Origin: Octopus sinensis
Lineage: Eukaryota
NCBI RefSeq assembly: GCF_006345805.1
Contig: NC_043002.1
Span: 930,001-994,000, forward strand
DNA: 64,000 bases
Direction: 5' to 3'
The notes under the pieces were generated by a model. It saw only the letters and a list, made by a program, of their open reading frames with translations, had not been told where the DNA came from and made no database searches. Position numbers and translations under genes: made by a program. This document shows positions 26,225-38,950 of this stretch, piece after piece. Numbering within the stretch: the first letter of the stretch is position 1; each line of letters starts with the position of its first letter.

Positions 26225-26549
26225 AGGCGTACGAGTGGCTGTGTGGTAAGTAGCTTGCTTACGAACCACATGGTCTGGGTTCAGTCCCACTGAGTGGCAC
26301 CTTCAGCAAGTGTCTTCTACTATAGCCTCAGGCCAACCAAAGACTTGTGAGTGGATTTGGTAGATGGAAACTGAAAGAAGCCCGTCTGGTGTGTTTATGT
26401 CCCCGTAACTTAGTGGTTCGGCAAAAGAGACCGATAGAATAAGTACTAGGCTTTCAAAGAATAAGTCCTGGGGTCGATTTGCTCGACTAAAGGTGGTACT
26501 CCAGCATGGCCACAGTCACATGACTGAAACAAGTAAAAGAGTAAAAGAG
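26225..26549 (+). mobile_element. tRNA-derived SINE (central linker deleted)
   Basis: Homologous to 20341-20715. Confidence 0.85.
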
Positions 26550-26964
26550 AGAAACTACCCTTCTATTCATATGCCAGTTCAACATGTGGGGCATATGCAG
26601 AGACAAATGTTATTGTTTATACAAGACTGTTATTAGCTTAATAATCCCGTCACACATTCATACAATCTCACCAGATTGTATGAATGTTGATGGTGGACCT
26701 CGGAAGCATGAGAGGATAGTTTGAGAACTGTTTGCAGCATCTGGAAAATTACTTTTGCAGGCATTTGTTTGGTGGCAATGGTCCCTTGTGCAGTGGAAAT
26801 GGGGGTTGGCTATAGGATGGATTTCATTTTCCTTCACTCCCATAAAGTATTCATGGGTAAGCAACTACTAGTAGCGATAGGGATGAGGAAGAGAACAAGG
26901 AATTCTTTTCACCAATAAGGTGACCTCCAGTGATGGCAAGGATGTGGGGTACACCTCAGCTGTA

Positions 26965-28215
26965 TAAACGTACAGCCAAGTTCCTGGACTAGTTCTACAG
27001 CACACCACCAGATGACAGCACATGGTTGTGTGCACAGTGAGAGCTAGCAGTGACCTTCATGAGGCAGTGTGCTGAGTGATGTCACAGTGTTTATTTCTCA
27101 AGTTGTAAAATTTGTGTTTTTGTGATCATGTGTCTGCTGTAGTCTGCAGGTTTTGTCATGGACAAGAACAAAAAGCGAATGTAAAATTTTGTGGTAAAAT
27201 TGGGAAGTCTGCTACAGAGACATTGAGCATGCTTTGGCAAGCTTAATGTGATGAGGCAATGGGTCATGTGCAATGCTAATGCCTGAATTGAACATGCGAT
27301 GTGTCTCTGCCAAGTTTGTACCCCACCTGCCAACCACTGAGCAGAAAGAACATCATGTTGAAGTCTGTGAAAATCTCTATCAGCATGCTGCTGCTGATGA
27401 CCCATCCTTCATCTTGAAGATCATCACTGGTGATAGGAGTTGGGCCTAGGGTTACAACCCAAGACAAAGCAGCGGTCACCACAATGGAAGAGGCATTCAT
27501 CTCCATGACCAAAGAAGGCATAATAGAGCTGCAGCTCAATCAAGAGCATTCTCATCGTTTTTACAACATCTGCATTATTGTGCACTGAAAATTTGTCCTC
27601 CACTCTCAGAGTGATTGGTGTTAAGAAGGGTATCCAGCTGTAGAAACCTTACCAAGTTGGATTGGGGCCTCCTGGTGCAGCCTCCCAGCTTTCCAGTCCT
27701 CAGCCAAGCCATCTAATCTATGCCACCATGGAAAGCAGGCGTTAAACAATGATGATGAGGGCCAGACCATGAATTGAAAATTCTACTGTGACATTTTGAA
27801 GAGCTTGAGGGAGGACATTTGGCAAAAGTGACTGGATCTGTAGAGAATGAAGAATTGAGGTCTTCATGAGGATAATGCACCCTGTCACCGAGCTCTCTTT
27901 GCTTGGGAGTTTCTTGCTAAAAACAACATAATATTGCTTCCATACCCACCCTATTCACCAGAAATAGCACTTGCAAACTTCTCTGTTTTCCCCAAGATAA
28001 AAATGCAGCTCAAAGGTTGCTGTTTTAAGACTGTTGTCAAGATTCAGAGTGAATCACATAAGGTGCAGGTCAGATTTCAAGAGTGACAGGAACACTGGGA
28101 CTGGTGTATTGCTGTGCAAGGTGACTATTCTGAAAGAGATGCTGTTAAAACTTAGGTAAATGTTATTTTTTTAATTAAATATGACTAGTCTGGGAACCTT
28201 TTGATACTGCGTATA
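26965..28215 (+). mobile_element. Degenerate mariner element interrupted by an RTE 3' end (27601-27758)
   Basis: SAKFVPHL, IITGDRSW, EDNAPCH and YPPYSPEIA motifs; imperfect TIR remnants ttcctggactagt / actagtctgggaac. Confidence 0.88.
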
Positions 28216-28227
28216 TATATATATATA

Positions 28228-28703
28228 TGTGCTAGCGGGGTGCAAAGAGCACCATATGAGTATGATCATTGTCAGAGCGACTAACCGGCTTCCGTGCCAG
28301 TGGCACATAAAAGGCACCATTCGAGCGTGATCGTTACCAGCGTCGCCTTACTGGCATTTGTGCCCGTGCTAGTAGGGTATTAAGAGCATCATCCGAGCAT
28401 GATCGTTGCCAGAGCGGCTATCTGGCCTCCGTACCAGTGGCACGCAATAGGCACCATTCGAGCGTGATTGTTACCAGCATCGCCTTACTGGCACCTGTAC
28501 TGGTGGCATGTGTAAAAGATTCGAGCGAGGTCATTGCCAGTGCTGCCTGACTGGCCCCGTGCTGGTGGCACGTAAAAAGCACCTACTACACTCTCGGATC
28601 AAGATTGAAGCCTTGTGCAGCCATCTGGTTCGCCAGCCCTCAGTCATACATCCAACCCATGCTAGCCTGGAAAGCAGATGTTAAACGATGATGATGATGA
28701 TAA

Positions 28704-28710
<7 letters not shown>
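28228..28710 (+). mobile_element. RTE-clade LINE 3' UTR and tail
   Basis: Hairpin repeat array plus shared terminus, followed by (TA)n. Confidence 0.8.
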
Positions 28711-28740
<30 letters not shown>

Positions 28741-28744
28741 CTTT

Positions 28745-29755
28745 AGGCACATTGTAAGGTTGGTCTAGTGAGATTTTTGAGATGCTTGAACAGAGGTGTG
28801 TTGACGTATGTTGCATTCAAGACGTAAGATGGAGAGGAGCTTCAGCCAGGTTCCTCACTGGCAAGACACACAGATATTAAACCTTCTTGGAAGGTAACAG
28901 CAATGGTGTAGGTGGTGTGAGCTCATTTCTTGCAGAAATGTGGTGTGCAAGCGAGACAACTGTGCTGGTATGGTCATGTGGTGAGAATGGATGAGGATAG
29001 CTGTGTGAAAAAGTGCCACACCCTGTGGAAGAGGTGGACCCAGGAAAACCTGGGATGAAGTGGTGAAGCACGACCTTTGAACATTAGGCTTCACCAAGGA
29101 AATGACTAGCGATCAAGACTTTTGGAAATATGCTGTGCTTGAGAAGACCCGGCAAGCCAAATGAGACCATAACCTGTGGCCTATGCCAGGAGCGTAACCA
29201 GCCCACTTATGCATACCTTTCTTTCATTGGCCACTAAACTCTGCTTGAGAAGACCTGTTGAGGCAAGTGAAATCAAAACCAAATTCAATGACTGGCATCA
29301 GTGCTAGTGGAGTGCTAAGAGCACAGCACCATCCGAGCGTGATTGTTGCCAGGGCCACTGACTTGTCCCTCTGCTGGTGGCATGTAAAAAGCACCATTTG
29401 AGTGTGATCGTTACCAGTGTCACCTTACTGGCACTTGTGCTGGTGGTACGTGAAAAACAACATTCAAGCGAGGTCGTTGCTAGTGTCGCTGGACTAGCTC
29501 CTATGCAGGTGACACGTAAAAATACCATCTGAGCATAGCCATTGCCAGTACCGCCTCACTGGCCCTTGTGCTGTTGGCACATAAAAGCACCGACTACACT
29601 CTCGGAGTGGTTGGCATTAGGAAGGGCATCCAGCTGTAGAAACTCTGCCAGATCAGATTGGAATCTGGTGCAGCCATCTGGTTCACCAGTCCCCAGTCAA
29701 ACCTTCTAACCCATGCCAGCATGGAAAGTGGACGTTAAACAATGATGATGATGAC
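28745..29755 (+). mobile_element. Internally deleted RTE-clade LINE (EN N-terminus fused to RT C-terminus, then 3' UTR)
   Basis: EMLEQRCVDVCCIQDVRWRG followed ~100 nt later by L.WYGHVVRMDEDSCVKKCH..GPRKTWDEVVKHDL, then UTR and (GAT)n. Confidence 0.85.
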
Positions 29756-32689
29756 ACACACACACACACACACACACATTGACATATCCCTCTCTCTCTA
29801 TATATATTATAAGTGTGAGGGTGTGTTGATAAAATAAATCCTCACCCCCTACCCCAACAAACCAAACCACTTCTCTTTTTCACATTTCCTCACTTTATGC
29901 ACTCTGTTTGTGCTTATCTCTCGTTCCCCAATTCTGTCCCTACAGCCCTTTCTCACTCTATCATTGCCCTCCTGTTTGCCTCCCCTCCACTCTCTCTATA
30001 TACTCACATTTCACTAGTCACTGCATTCCTCATCACCCCTCCCCTCTTTGCTTTTATGTGAAGTCCCTAATTTCTACTCCTGCACCCTTGGCAATACTTA
30101 ACCCTCCCATTTAAATTCTGATCCCCATTCCTTGAGGGCAGATCTTGGCTCTTCATCACCATCTCTCTCCTGCTCTCTCTCTTGCACTCTCACCCTCTCA
30201 CTCTCTTCCACTCTCTCTCATTCTTGATCACTCTCTCTCTCTCACCCCTGACTGAGCACCTATGCATCTCCTCCCCAACAACACGTGTGTTTCTGTCCTC
30301 ATTCTCGATTTCCCTTTCCCTCTCTTTCTCCGACTGGGGAACCACATATCTCCTCAACACTAACACACCTGTTTCTATCTCTCTTTCGCACTCTAACTGC
30401 CCATCACCTGGCACAAGGCCACCTCCTCCCATGCCAACCTCTCATTAGTGACCCTACCAGTGCTGGTCTATCCATTTCCACACTATAAACTGGCCCAGCT
30501 GGTGCTGCTTCCACATAAAAACTACTCTGTCCACTCTGTAAGCTGGTTGATGTGAGTAAGGGTTTCAGTGTGAAAAACCCCGGCCAAAGCAGACAATGAA
30601 GCCTGGTGCGGTCTTCTGCTTAGCCGGCTTTTGTCCATGCCAAAATGGAAAATGAACTTTAAATGATGATGATGTAGATGTGTGTGTGTGTGTATGTCTG
30701 TGTATGTATGCATATTTGTGCAAGTATGCATGTAGGTATGTATGTACATATGTATGTAAGTAACGTGTGTGTGTGTGTGTGTGCATCTTTATGTTTGTTG
30801 CCATTTGGCAACAGGTATTAATTTATGTTTACGTAACTTAGCAGTTCAGCAAAAACATACCATAGAATAAATATCAGACTTGAAAAGTAAGTTCTGGGGT
30901 TGATTTCTTTATGTAAAACTTTTTAAGGCCTGGCCCCACTATGGCCAATTGCTGAAACAAGTGACTGAACAAAAAAAAAAAAGGAAAAGATGATGGAGGT
31001 AGCCCATCTGGGGTAGAATGCTGGTGATCAGGGTGGCTACTGATTGTGTGTCTTTCATGTTGTACATGCTTAAGTACCCATGCACATATTCTCACCCACC
31101 TCCTGTACACATAGACACACTAACATGCACATCCATACAGGTACATGCAAGTACTTATTTGGTGACGGTGGGGGTATTTATATCCTGGTCTGGTGGTGGT
31201 GTCCTATCTATGGGTCACAGCTTTCTCTCTGATGTGTTGTGAAGCATCTCTGTTATTGTAATACATGCATGGGTGTGTGTGTATGTATATTATCTTTATG
31301 TATGTGTAAATTAAGTTATATATTAACACATGTTTGTGTCTTTGTACCCGTTCTGGGATTTACACAGATGCCACACACAGCTTTTCTGGAAGATTCCTTG
31401 ACGTTGTCCTGTGTTAAAGATTAAATGAAACCCAGTTGGAACTGATAGGCTTCTAGTCTTCACAGTTAAACATTATTCTGAAATTATTTTATTTCCTAGA
31501 ATGAATTCTTATGTTTAATAGTATATCATTTTCACCATGTATGACATCGACTCCACTACATCATATATTGAATAGCTCCCCTGTAATAACAATAAATATA
31601 TTATATATAACAATGTTAATATTAGCTGCACTGATAGTTCAGTCAGTTAGGTCAGGAGATTGTAAGTGTAAATTACTTTAGAGCAAACCAAAAATATATA
31701 TTTCTATGCTGAACTGAAAGATTCATGGGTTTTGTTAAATGTTTTGTAATATTTTTCTCTTTCATAAAAAACATATTTAGAGATGATGGTTGAGATACAA
31801 ATGCACCCCACTACTTTACTCTTGTCTCATTCACGCATTCTGCATTATTATTAAGAATACCATCATCGAAACATCTAAACATTTATTTTATAATTCAGTG
31901 TTCGAGTTTTCTATTTATAATGTTTAGCAGACTGTATTCTACTTTTCTCTGATATCTCTGTGTATTTGTGTTTGTTTGTATGTGTGTGTTTGTCTATTTT
32001 TATATATTTTTAAATGTCACATCTCTTTTCCAATAATCTGTTTTTAAAAAAAGCAGTAAAAAAATCCAGTTGTATTAAATCTTACTTTGAACCATTCTCT
32101 TGGTGGAGATAAATGTTTGGGTAATCATATTTTCAGTATTTACCAGAATTTTTGTTGCTTACTTTGAGAAATTCTTTTGATGCCAAACAATATTTTATTG
32201 CTGAGTCTGTTCCATTGATGTTTCACTGTTTGTATCAGTGTGCATATATTACAAGAATACAGGAAAAATAAAAAATACACTGAACAAGTGAAAGAATGTA
32301 ATAGATATTAAAATATTAAATATTAATGTTAGGATCTTTTTAAGAATGGGTTGTGAGTACGTGTAAGGGCTTGAATACTTTTACGGATACATGTAAGTGT
32401 GTGTGTAGATTTACAAAATGGTTGAGTAGATGAGGTATTGGGTCCTGCTTTTGATGTGGAGACAAAGAAGAGGGGGGACCTTGATGGACCCTTTCCTGGT
32501 TTGTTAACTCAGAGAAGATAGATTTAGTCGCAGATAATTTAGCCATGATAAAATTAGTCGTAAATTAGGTTATCACTTTAATGGATTGCTAAATTTTAAC
32601 AGCGTAATTTGTGACTGCTTTATATATCAGCTGAATTGTCTATACAACTGATTAGGGAAGGAAACGGTATATGTCTTTTCAGAGGAACA

Positions 32690-33187
32690 TTTAACAAGTA
32701 CCCCGGATCCCAGAATGTCCCGCTGTGCTTGAGGAGACCTGTTGAGTCATGAACATGAACGTCGAAATAAATATCAATGGAAATAGTAGTTGTGATGCCT
32801 GTTCCAGTGGCACATAAAAAGCACTATCACAAACGTGGCCGATGCCAGCGCTGCCCCGACTGGCCCCTGTGCCGGTGGCACATAAAAAGACCATCCGAAT
32901 GTTGCCAACGCCACCTTGGCTGGCTTCCGTGCTGCTGGCACGTTAAAAGCTCCAACCGATCATGACCGATGCCGGACCTACCCTGGCACCTGTGCAGGTG
33001 GCACGTAAAAAGCACCCACTACACTCGCGGAGTGGTTGGCGTTAGGAAGGGCATCCAGCCGTAGAAACTCTGCCAGATCAGACTGGAGCCTGGAGCAGCC
33101 CCTGGCTTCCCAGACCCCGGTCGAACCGTCCAACCCGTGCTAGCACGGAAAATGGACGTTAAACGATGATGATGATGATGGTGATGA
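32690..33187 (+). mobile_element. RTE-clade LINE 3' UTR and tail (related subfamily)
   Basis: GTGCCGGTGGCAC repeats and shared terminal 150 nt with (GAT)n. Confidence 0.8.
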
Positions 33188-33361
33188 AGTGCGACTCATC
33201 AGAAGATCCTCTCATTTTTTTTTATCAAAAGCATAGGAGGAATGTGTTTATGGTCTTATATCTATCTCACAACTAGACTTTCTAATATTTATATAATATA
33301 TGCATTCATAGATATGTGTGTGTGTGTATACACACACATATGTATGTGTATGTATTCGCTA

Positions 33362-33552
33362 GCTTCTGCACGAAAAAATTTTTTTTCTCTCCTTCTTTCT
33401 GTGTTTTTTCTCTGTGTATCTTTCTGTTGAAGAGCGTAGGCTCGAAACGTTAGACTTGTTTTATTTATATTTCCTGAGCGCCATACTAATACAATTGTTT
33501 GTTTGTATTCCACCTGCCTTCGTCTTTTGTCTATTTTCATAAAGCTTCCCGT
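33362..33552 (+). mobile_element. Penelope-like terminal-repeat remnant carrying a hammerhead motif
   Basis: Pyrimidine-rich ~190-nt unit with a central hammerhead motif, ending at a (TA)n tract; same architecture as 51634 and 59510. PLE assignment is inferred from the ribozyme type. Confidence 0.55.
33419..33456 (+). ncRNA. Minimal type I hammerhead-like motif with variant core (CUGUUGA)
   Basis: tcttt CTGTTGA a GAGC gtag GCTC GAA ACGT t agac: 4-bp helix II, GAAAC, palindromic ACGU. Confidence 0.6.
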
Positions 33553-34085
33553 TATATATACATATATATGTATGTATGTGTATATATATATACATATGTA
33601 TGTATGCATATATACATATATGTATGTATGTATGTGTATATACATATATATATACATATATGTATGTGTATATACATATATGTACGTATATGTGTATATA
33701 CATATATATATGTATGTATATGTATATACATATATGTATATGTATATACATATATGTATGTGTATATACATATATGTATGTGTATATACATATATGTATG
33801 TGTATATACATATATGTATGTGTATATACATATATGTATGTGTATATACATATATGTATGTATATATACATATATATATGTATGTATGTGTATATACATA
33901 TATGTATGTGTATATACATATATATATATGTATGTATGTGTATATACATATATGTATGTGTATATACATATATATATATGTATGTATGTGTATATACATA
34001 TATGTATGTGTATATACATATATGTATGCATGTGAATATATATATATGTATATATGTATGTATATATACCTATGTATGTGTACAT
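33553..34085. repeat. Microsatellite-derived 20-nt tandem (tgtatatacatatatgtatg)
   Basis: Direct inspection; about seven near-perfect units at 33721-33860. Confidence 0.95.
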
Positions 34086-34088
34086 ATA

Positions 34089-35894
34089 CTAGCAATGCAT
34101 CCTGGCGTTGCCCGGGTGTTATGAGCTACAGCCACATTGTATTATTTGTTGCTTTCTGATGGACAGAATCGGAACAGCTGATATAGAGTTAATGGCAGAA
34201 TGGAAGTTATTGTTTGTTTAAAAGTGAAGGGGGGGGGTACAGTTTGTACGGGTTTGCATGAAAGTGCTTCTTTATGTTCTTATGAAGGATTAGAAGCCCT
34301 ATGAAGTGTTTCATTGTATGAAAGGGGGGTGAATACGATTCTGTCCAGAAATCATTTTTTTCAAAATTTTAATTTTCCCCCCCATCCCCACTGCAATTTC
34401 TTAATTTGTAACCTTTTTGAATTTTTTTTGTTATCCACATAGAAAAATAAAGATTATGAATCTGGGCAATATATATATTTTTTTATTGTTTAATTTTTCT
34501 TAAAGTAACACACAATGCCACTTATCCCCCCCCCCGCCCACCTATCACTTACTTGCTTTAAAAGTTGAAATCTTTCACTTTCGTCTGATGTTTCACGCAT
34601 GTGTAGAATTCTACTGAAATAGCAGGCATAAAAAATACCAGACCAACATCAGAAAATCTGACATGCTAGAAACAGCAGGTGACTGACATTATTTCTGAAG
34701 AAACTTTCTCGCTTTCCAAAAAGCTAAAATTGAAACATTGGGAGTGTTAAATTTTTCCATGTGGTGAGGTGATGAGTAAAATTCTTAAAGATTCATACTC
34801 TCTGTTTTTACTCTATGGATTACCAAAAAGAAAAAAAAAATTGAAAGAAGTAAAAAATGAATTTGGAGAGGGACAGAATTAAAATATGAAAATCTCCTGT
34901 ATTGGAAGAAACTTAGGAAAAAAATAAGAGTGGGGTACACAAATGTCACCTTGGACATGCTAGAAAGAAGAGGTAAAGGATTTCTGGGAAAACTTCCTTA
35001 ACTTTATATCAAAGATCAGGTTTTTAAGTACACTCATCACAAATTAGACAAAGAAAAAGGTAATTTCAATTGGATTTAAGCTGTCAATTTCCGTGTGAAC
35101 ACAGCAAGAAATAGCATAATTCGTACAGAAGTTTTATCTAGAGTGTGTGTGCATTTGTGTGCCAAAGGAAGTTATTTTATAGCATTCTTTTGTTTGAAGA
35201 AGCAAAGTTGTCAACTTGATCATATGGGATCATATAATTGTTTGTTAATTTCCACAAAAATTTAAAAATTTCTTTATGCTTTGAAAAGAACAGAAATTGA
35301 AAGAGAGGAGAAAGTGAAAAGGCGACATTTGCTTTGAAGTGAGAGCAGAAAGTGAAAGAGAGAAGAAAGTGAAAGATGTATGTGTATATGAAATGGATGT
35401 GTATGTGATAGAGATAGAAAGTGGGAGAGTGAGTGAAGGTGTGAGTTGTGTTGTTCGAATTTTTTTGCATGTATGTGTAAGTGGCACTCACTTGCTCACT
35501 CTCTCACACACACATCTTTCATATACATATACATATGTACATATGCATACATCTTTGTGTGTGTGCAAGAGAGAGTGAGTGACAGCATTTCCTTATAACA
35601 TAGAGAAATGGATGTCTTTTAATGCAATTTTTTTGGTTGTAGCTTATTTTAATATAATATTTATGTGTACATTTTCATATATGTTTGTCTGAGTAGAGTT
35701 CTACACATGCATGAAACATCAGACGAAAGTGAAACATTAGAAGCAAATCGAAATATTGCCCCAAAATAACCTCTGAATTGTGCATCCTGACCTCATTTCC
35801 AAGGTTATATTAGGAGTAAAAAAGGGTTGTTGTGCCAAAATCATAGTTTATTTGGTAGATAGATGATAAGCAGCTTTCTTTATTATAGTACAGA
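34089..35894 (-). mobile_element. Non-autonomous Helitron-like element
   Basis: On the minus strand starts A|TCtgtactataataaag and ends cccgggcaacgccagg (hairpin)..tgCTAG|T, i.e. TC...CTAG inserted between A and T. Confidence 0.7.
34573..35734. mobile_element. Unclassified TIR element (43-bp TIRs) nested in the Helitron-like element
   Basis: tttcactttcgtctgatgtttcacgcatgtgtagaattctact at 34573 versus its reverse complement at 35692-35734, 2 mismatches. Confidence 0.7.
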
Positions 35895-36344
35895 TGTGAC
35901 TAATTCGGAGAAACATTACTTTCATTATTCATACATCATCACTCTTGTAATCCAACACTGAAATTTTGGTTTAAATTGAAAGTGTGAAACTGTTTTCACT
36001 TTCTAATGAAACCTGGTCATTGCAGAGTAGTGCCTTTCAAATAACTATAGCTAAATTCAGTGGACTACATCCACTGGTTTTCAAAAATAGAAATATTAAT
36101 ATTTTTAAGTCTCTCTAAAGGAGACTACGGCAGCGGTACTGGATGTTAATAGTTATCGCCAAGCTAATATGGCAGTCCAGAGATATAGGACGATATTCAT
36201 GACTGAAGGGGGCCTCCTCCCCCTCCTCCTCCCCCTCGCCTCCTCCTCCTACACCACCTCCTCCTCCTTCCCCTCTTCCTCCTTCCCCTCCTGCTCCTCC
36301 ACCTCCTCTTCCTACTCCACCTCCACCCCCTCCATTCATAAGTG

Positions 36345-37185
36345 GGCTGGTTACACCCACTGGCATAGGCCATGGGCTATGGTCTCTCTTCGCTTGTTGG
36401 GTCTTCTCAAGCACAGCATATCTCCAAAGGCCTCAGTCACTAGTCATTGCCTTAGTAAGGCCTAATGTTTGAAGGTCGTGCTTCACCACCTCGTCCCAGG
36501 TTTTCCTGGGTCTACCTCTTCCACAGGTTCCCTCAACCGCTAGGGTGTGACACTTTTTCACACAGCTGTCCTCATCCATTCACAACACACAACCATACCA
36601 GTGCAGTCATCTCTCTTGCACACCACATCTGATGCTTCTTAAATCCAACTTTTCTCTCAAGGCACTTACACTCTGTCAGGTATGAACACTGACATTACAC
36701 ATCCATCAGATCATACTGGCTTCATTCCTTGCTAGCTTACGCATGTCCTCAGCAGTCACAGCACATGTTTCACTGCCTTGTAGCATGGCTGTTCATACAC
36801 ATGCGTCATACAGTCTACTTTTTACTCTGAGTGACAGGCCCTTTGTCACCAGCAGAAGTAGGAACTCTCTGAACTTTGCCCAGACTATTCTTATTCTAGT
36901 AGCTATACTTTCAGAGCATCCACTCACTTGATCCCCTAGGTAACGGAAGCTATCAACTACTTGTAGTTTTTTTCCCTGGAATGTGACAAGCTGTTTTCTG
37001 CACATTTTCAGTGTTTATGGCACCCGAGCATCTGCCAACCACAAAAACTATATTCCCAGTTAGCCTTCCTTTCATATTGCTGCACCTTTTATGTGTTCGA
37101 AAGCTTATACTAGGTATATTTTATGGACTTCCTACCTACGCCTGTTCTACAGATCAAGCAGGGCCATCTACCTGAAGGAATTTGT
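36345..37185 (-). mobile_element. RTE-clade LINE RT C-terminal fragment with Cys-rich insert
   Basis: [59 protein letters not shown]. Confidence 0.85.
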
Positions 37186-37348
37186 GGTTTGTCTGCCTAT
37201 GTATATGTATATATATATATATATATATTGTTGTTGTGTGTGTGTGTGTGTGTGTGTACATGTGTGTGTATGTATATATATGTGTGTGTATATATGTATG
37301 TGTGTGTGTATGTGTGTGTGTGTATATGTGTGTGTGTGTATATATATA

Positions 37349-37948
37349 TCTATACTAAAAATGAAGAAAATATATACTAAAAATAAGATAAATATATGTA
37401 GAATAAAAAAAAAAGAGGTCGGCAATGCCTGTGCAGAGTTTTAGGTCCAATAAGGATTGCACAACACCTCATAGACCCTCTCCACTTTATTGACATTATC
37501 CAGAGACAAGCTGGAGCAAGATGTCTGGTGCCAATATGAGTCGAAGGCTCAGGGATGTGGGAGCGCCGTGATCTCTAGCACAAACTAAAGATCCCCAAAA
37601 TGCCCAATGCCATTCCCTGCATATCTGGTTTTATATCAGAGTGACCTTCTCCTAGAGACATGCTTTAACAAAAGCTAAGGGGCACCTCACTCCCAGTGGT
37701 TTTTCAGCACGCCAGACACCACTCTGGAATTTCTGCGTACCCGTGCTAACATTTATTGGATGGCCGTTGACTCTCAAGAGGTCCTCCACCCTTTGATGGG
37801 TTTTGTTTTTCATCCCGCAGGGTGTCCAATAAACACCCTCCTCACTAAGCAAGCTTGGTGGAGTTGCCGGTTTAGTCGCCGACGACCCGACCATGCAACA
37901 GGTTGTACTGGGTTACATGTTACCAGTAGCACTCGAAAGTGACCTGAC
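37349..37948 (-). repeat. Unclassified ~590-bp CpG-rich interspersed repeat, copy 1
   Basis: Reverse complement of 61162-61743 with roughly a dozen differences by eye; flanked by (TA)n; strand given relative to copy 2. Confidence 0.9.
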
Positions 37949-37967
37949 ATATATATATATATATATA

Positions 37968-38094
37968 TATAAAGACAGATGTGTGTATTTTTCCCTCGTT
38001 AACAATTAACACGGAAAAAATACCAGTGAAATCTTCGAAACAAGTGTCGGAAATAAGACAATTTGAATAACACCTGCGTTTAACTCCATTTATA

Positions 38095-38100
<6 letters not shown>
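37968..38100 (+). mobile_element. Internally deleted Penelope-like terminal repeat with 3' half of a hammerhead
   Basis: Homologous to 51857-52115 but ~140 nt shorter; retains atcttc GAAAC aagt GTC ggaaa. Confidence 0.6.
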
Positions 38101-38137
<37 letters not shown>

Positions 38138-38325
38138 TGTATATATATATATATAGTATATGTATATATATATAATATGTATATATATATGTATATATAT
38201 GTATATATATATATATGTATTATATATATGTATATGTATAATATATATATATGTATATGTATATATATATATATGTATATGTATATATATATATATGTAT
38301 ATGTATATGTATATATATATATATG

Positions 38326-38365
<40 letters not shown>

Positions 38366-38764
38366 TATATGTATATGTTATGTATATTATATATATATGT
38401 ATGTATATATATAATATATATGTATATATATATATATGTATATGTATATGTATATATATATATATGTATATATATATGTAATGTATATGTATATATATAT
38501 ATTGTATATGTATATGTATATATATATATGTATATGTATATGTATATATATATATGTATATATATATGTAATATATATATTATATATATATAATATATGT
38601 ATATTATATATAATGTATTATATATATATATGTATATATATATATGTGATATATATATATATGTATATATATATATATGTATATATATTATAATATGTAT
38701 ATATATATATATGTATATATATATATGTATATATATATATATGTATATAATGTATATATATATG

Positions 38765-38811
<47 letters not shown>

Positions 38812-38837
38812 GTATATAATATATATGTATATATATA

Positions 38838-38878
<41 letters not shown>

Positions 38879-38950
38879 ATATATGTATATGTATATATAT
38901 ATGTATATGTATATGTATATGTATATATATATGTATATATATATATATAT

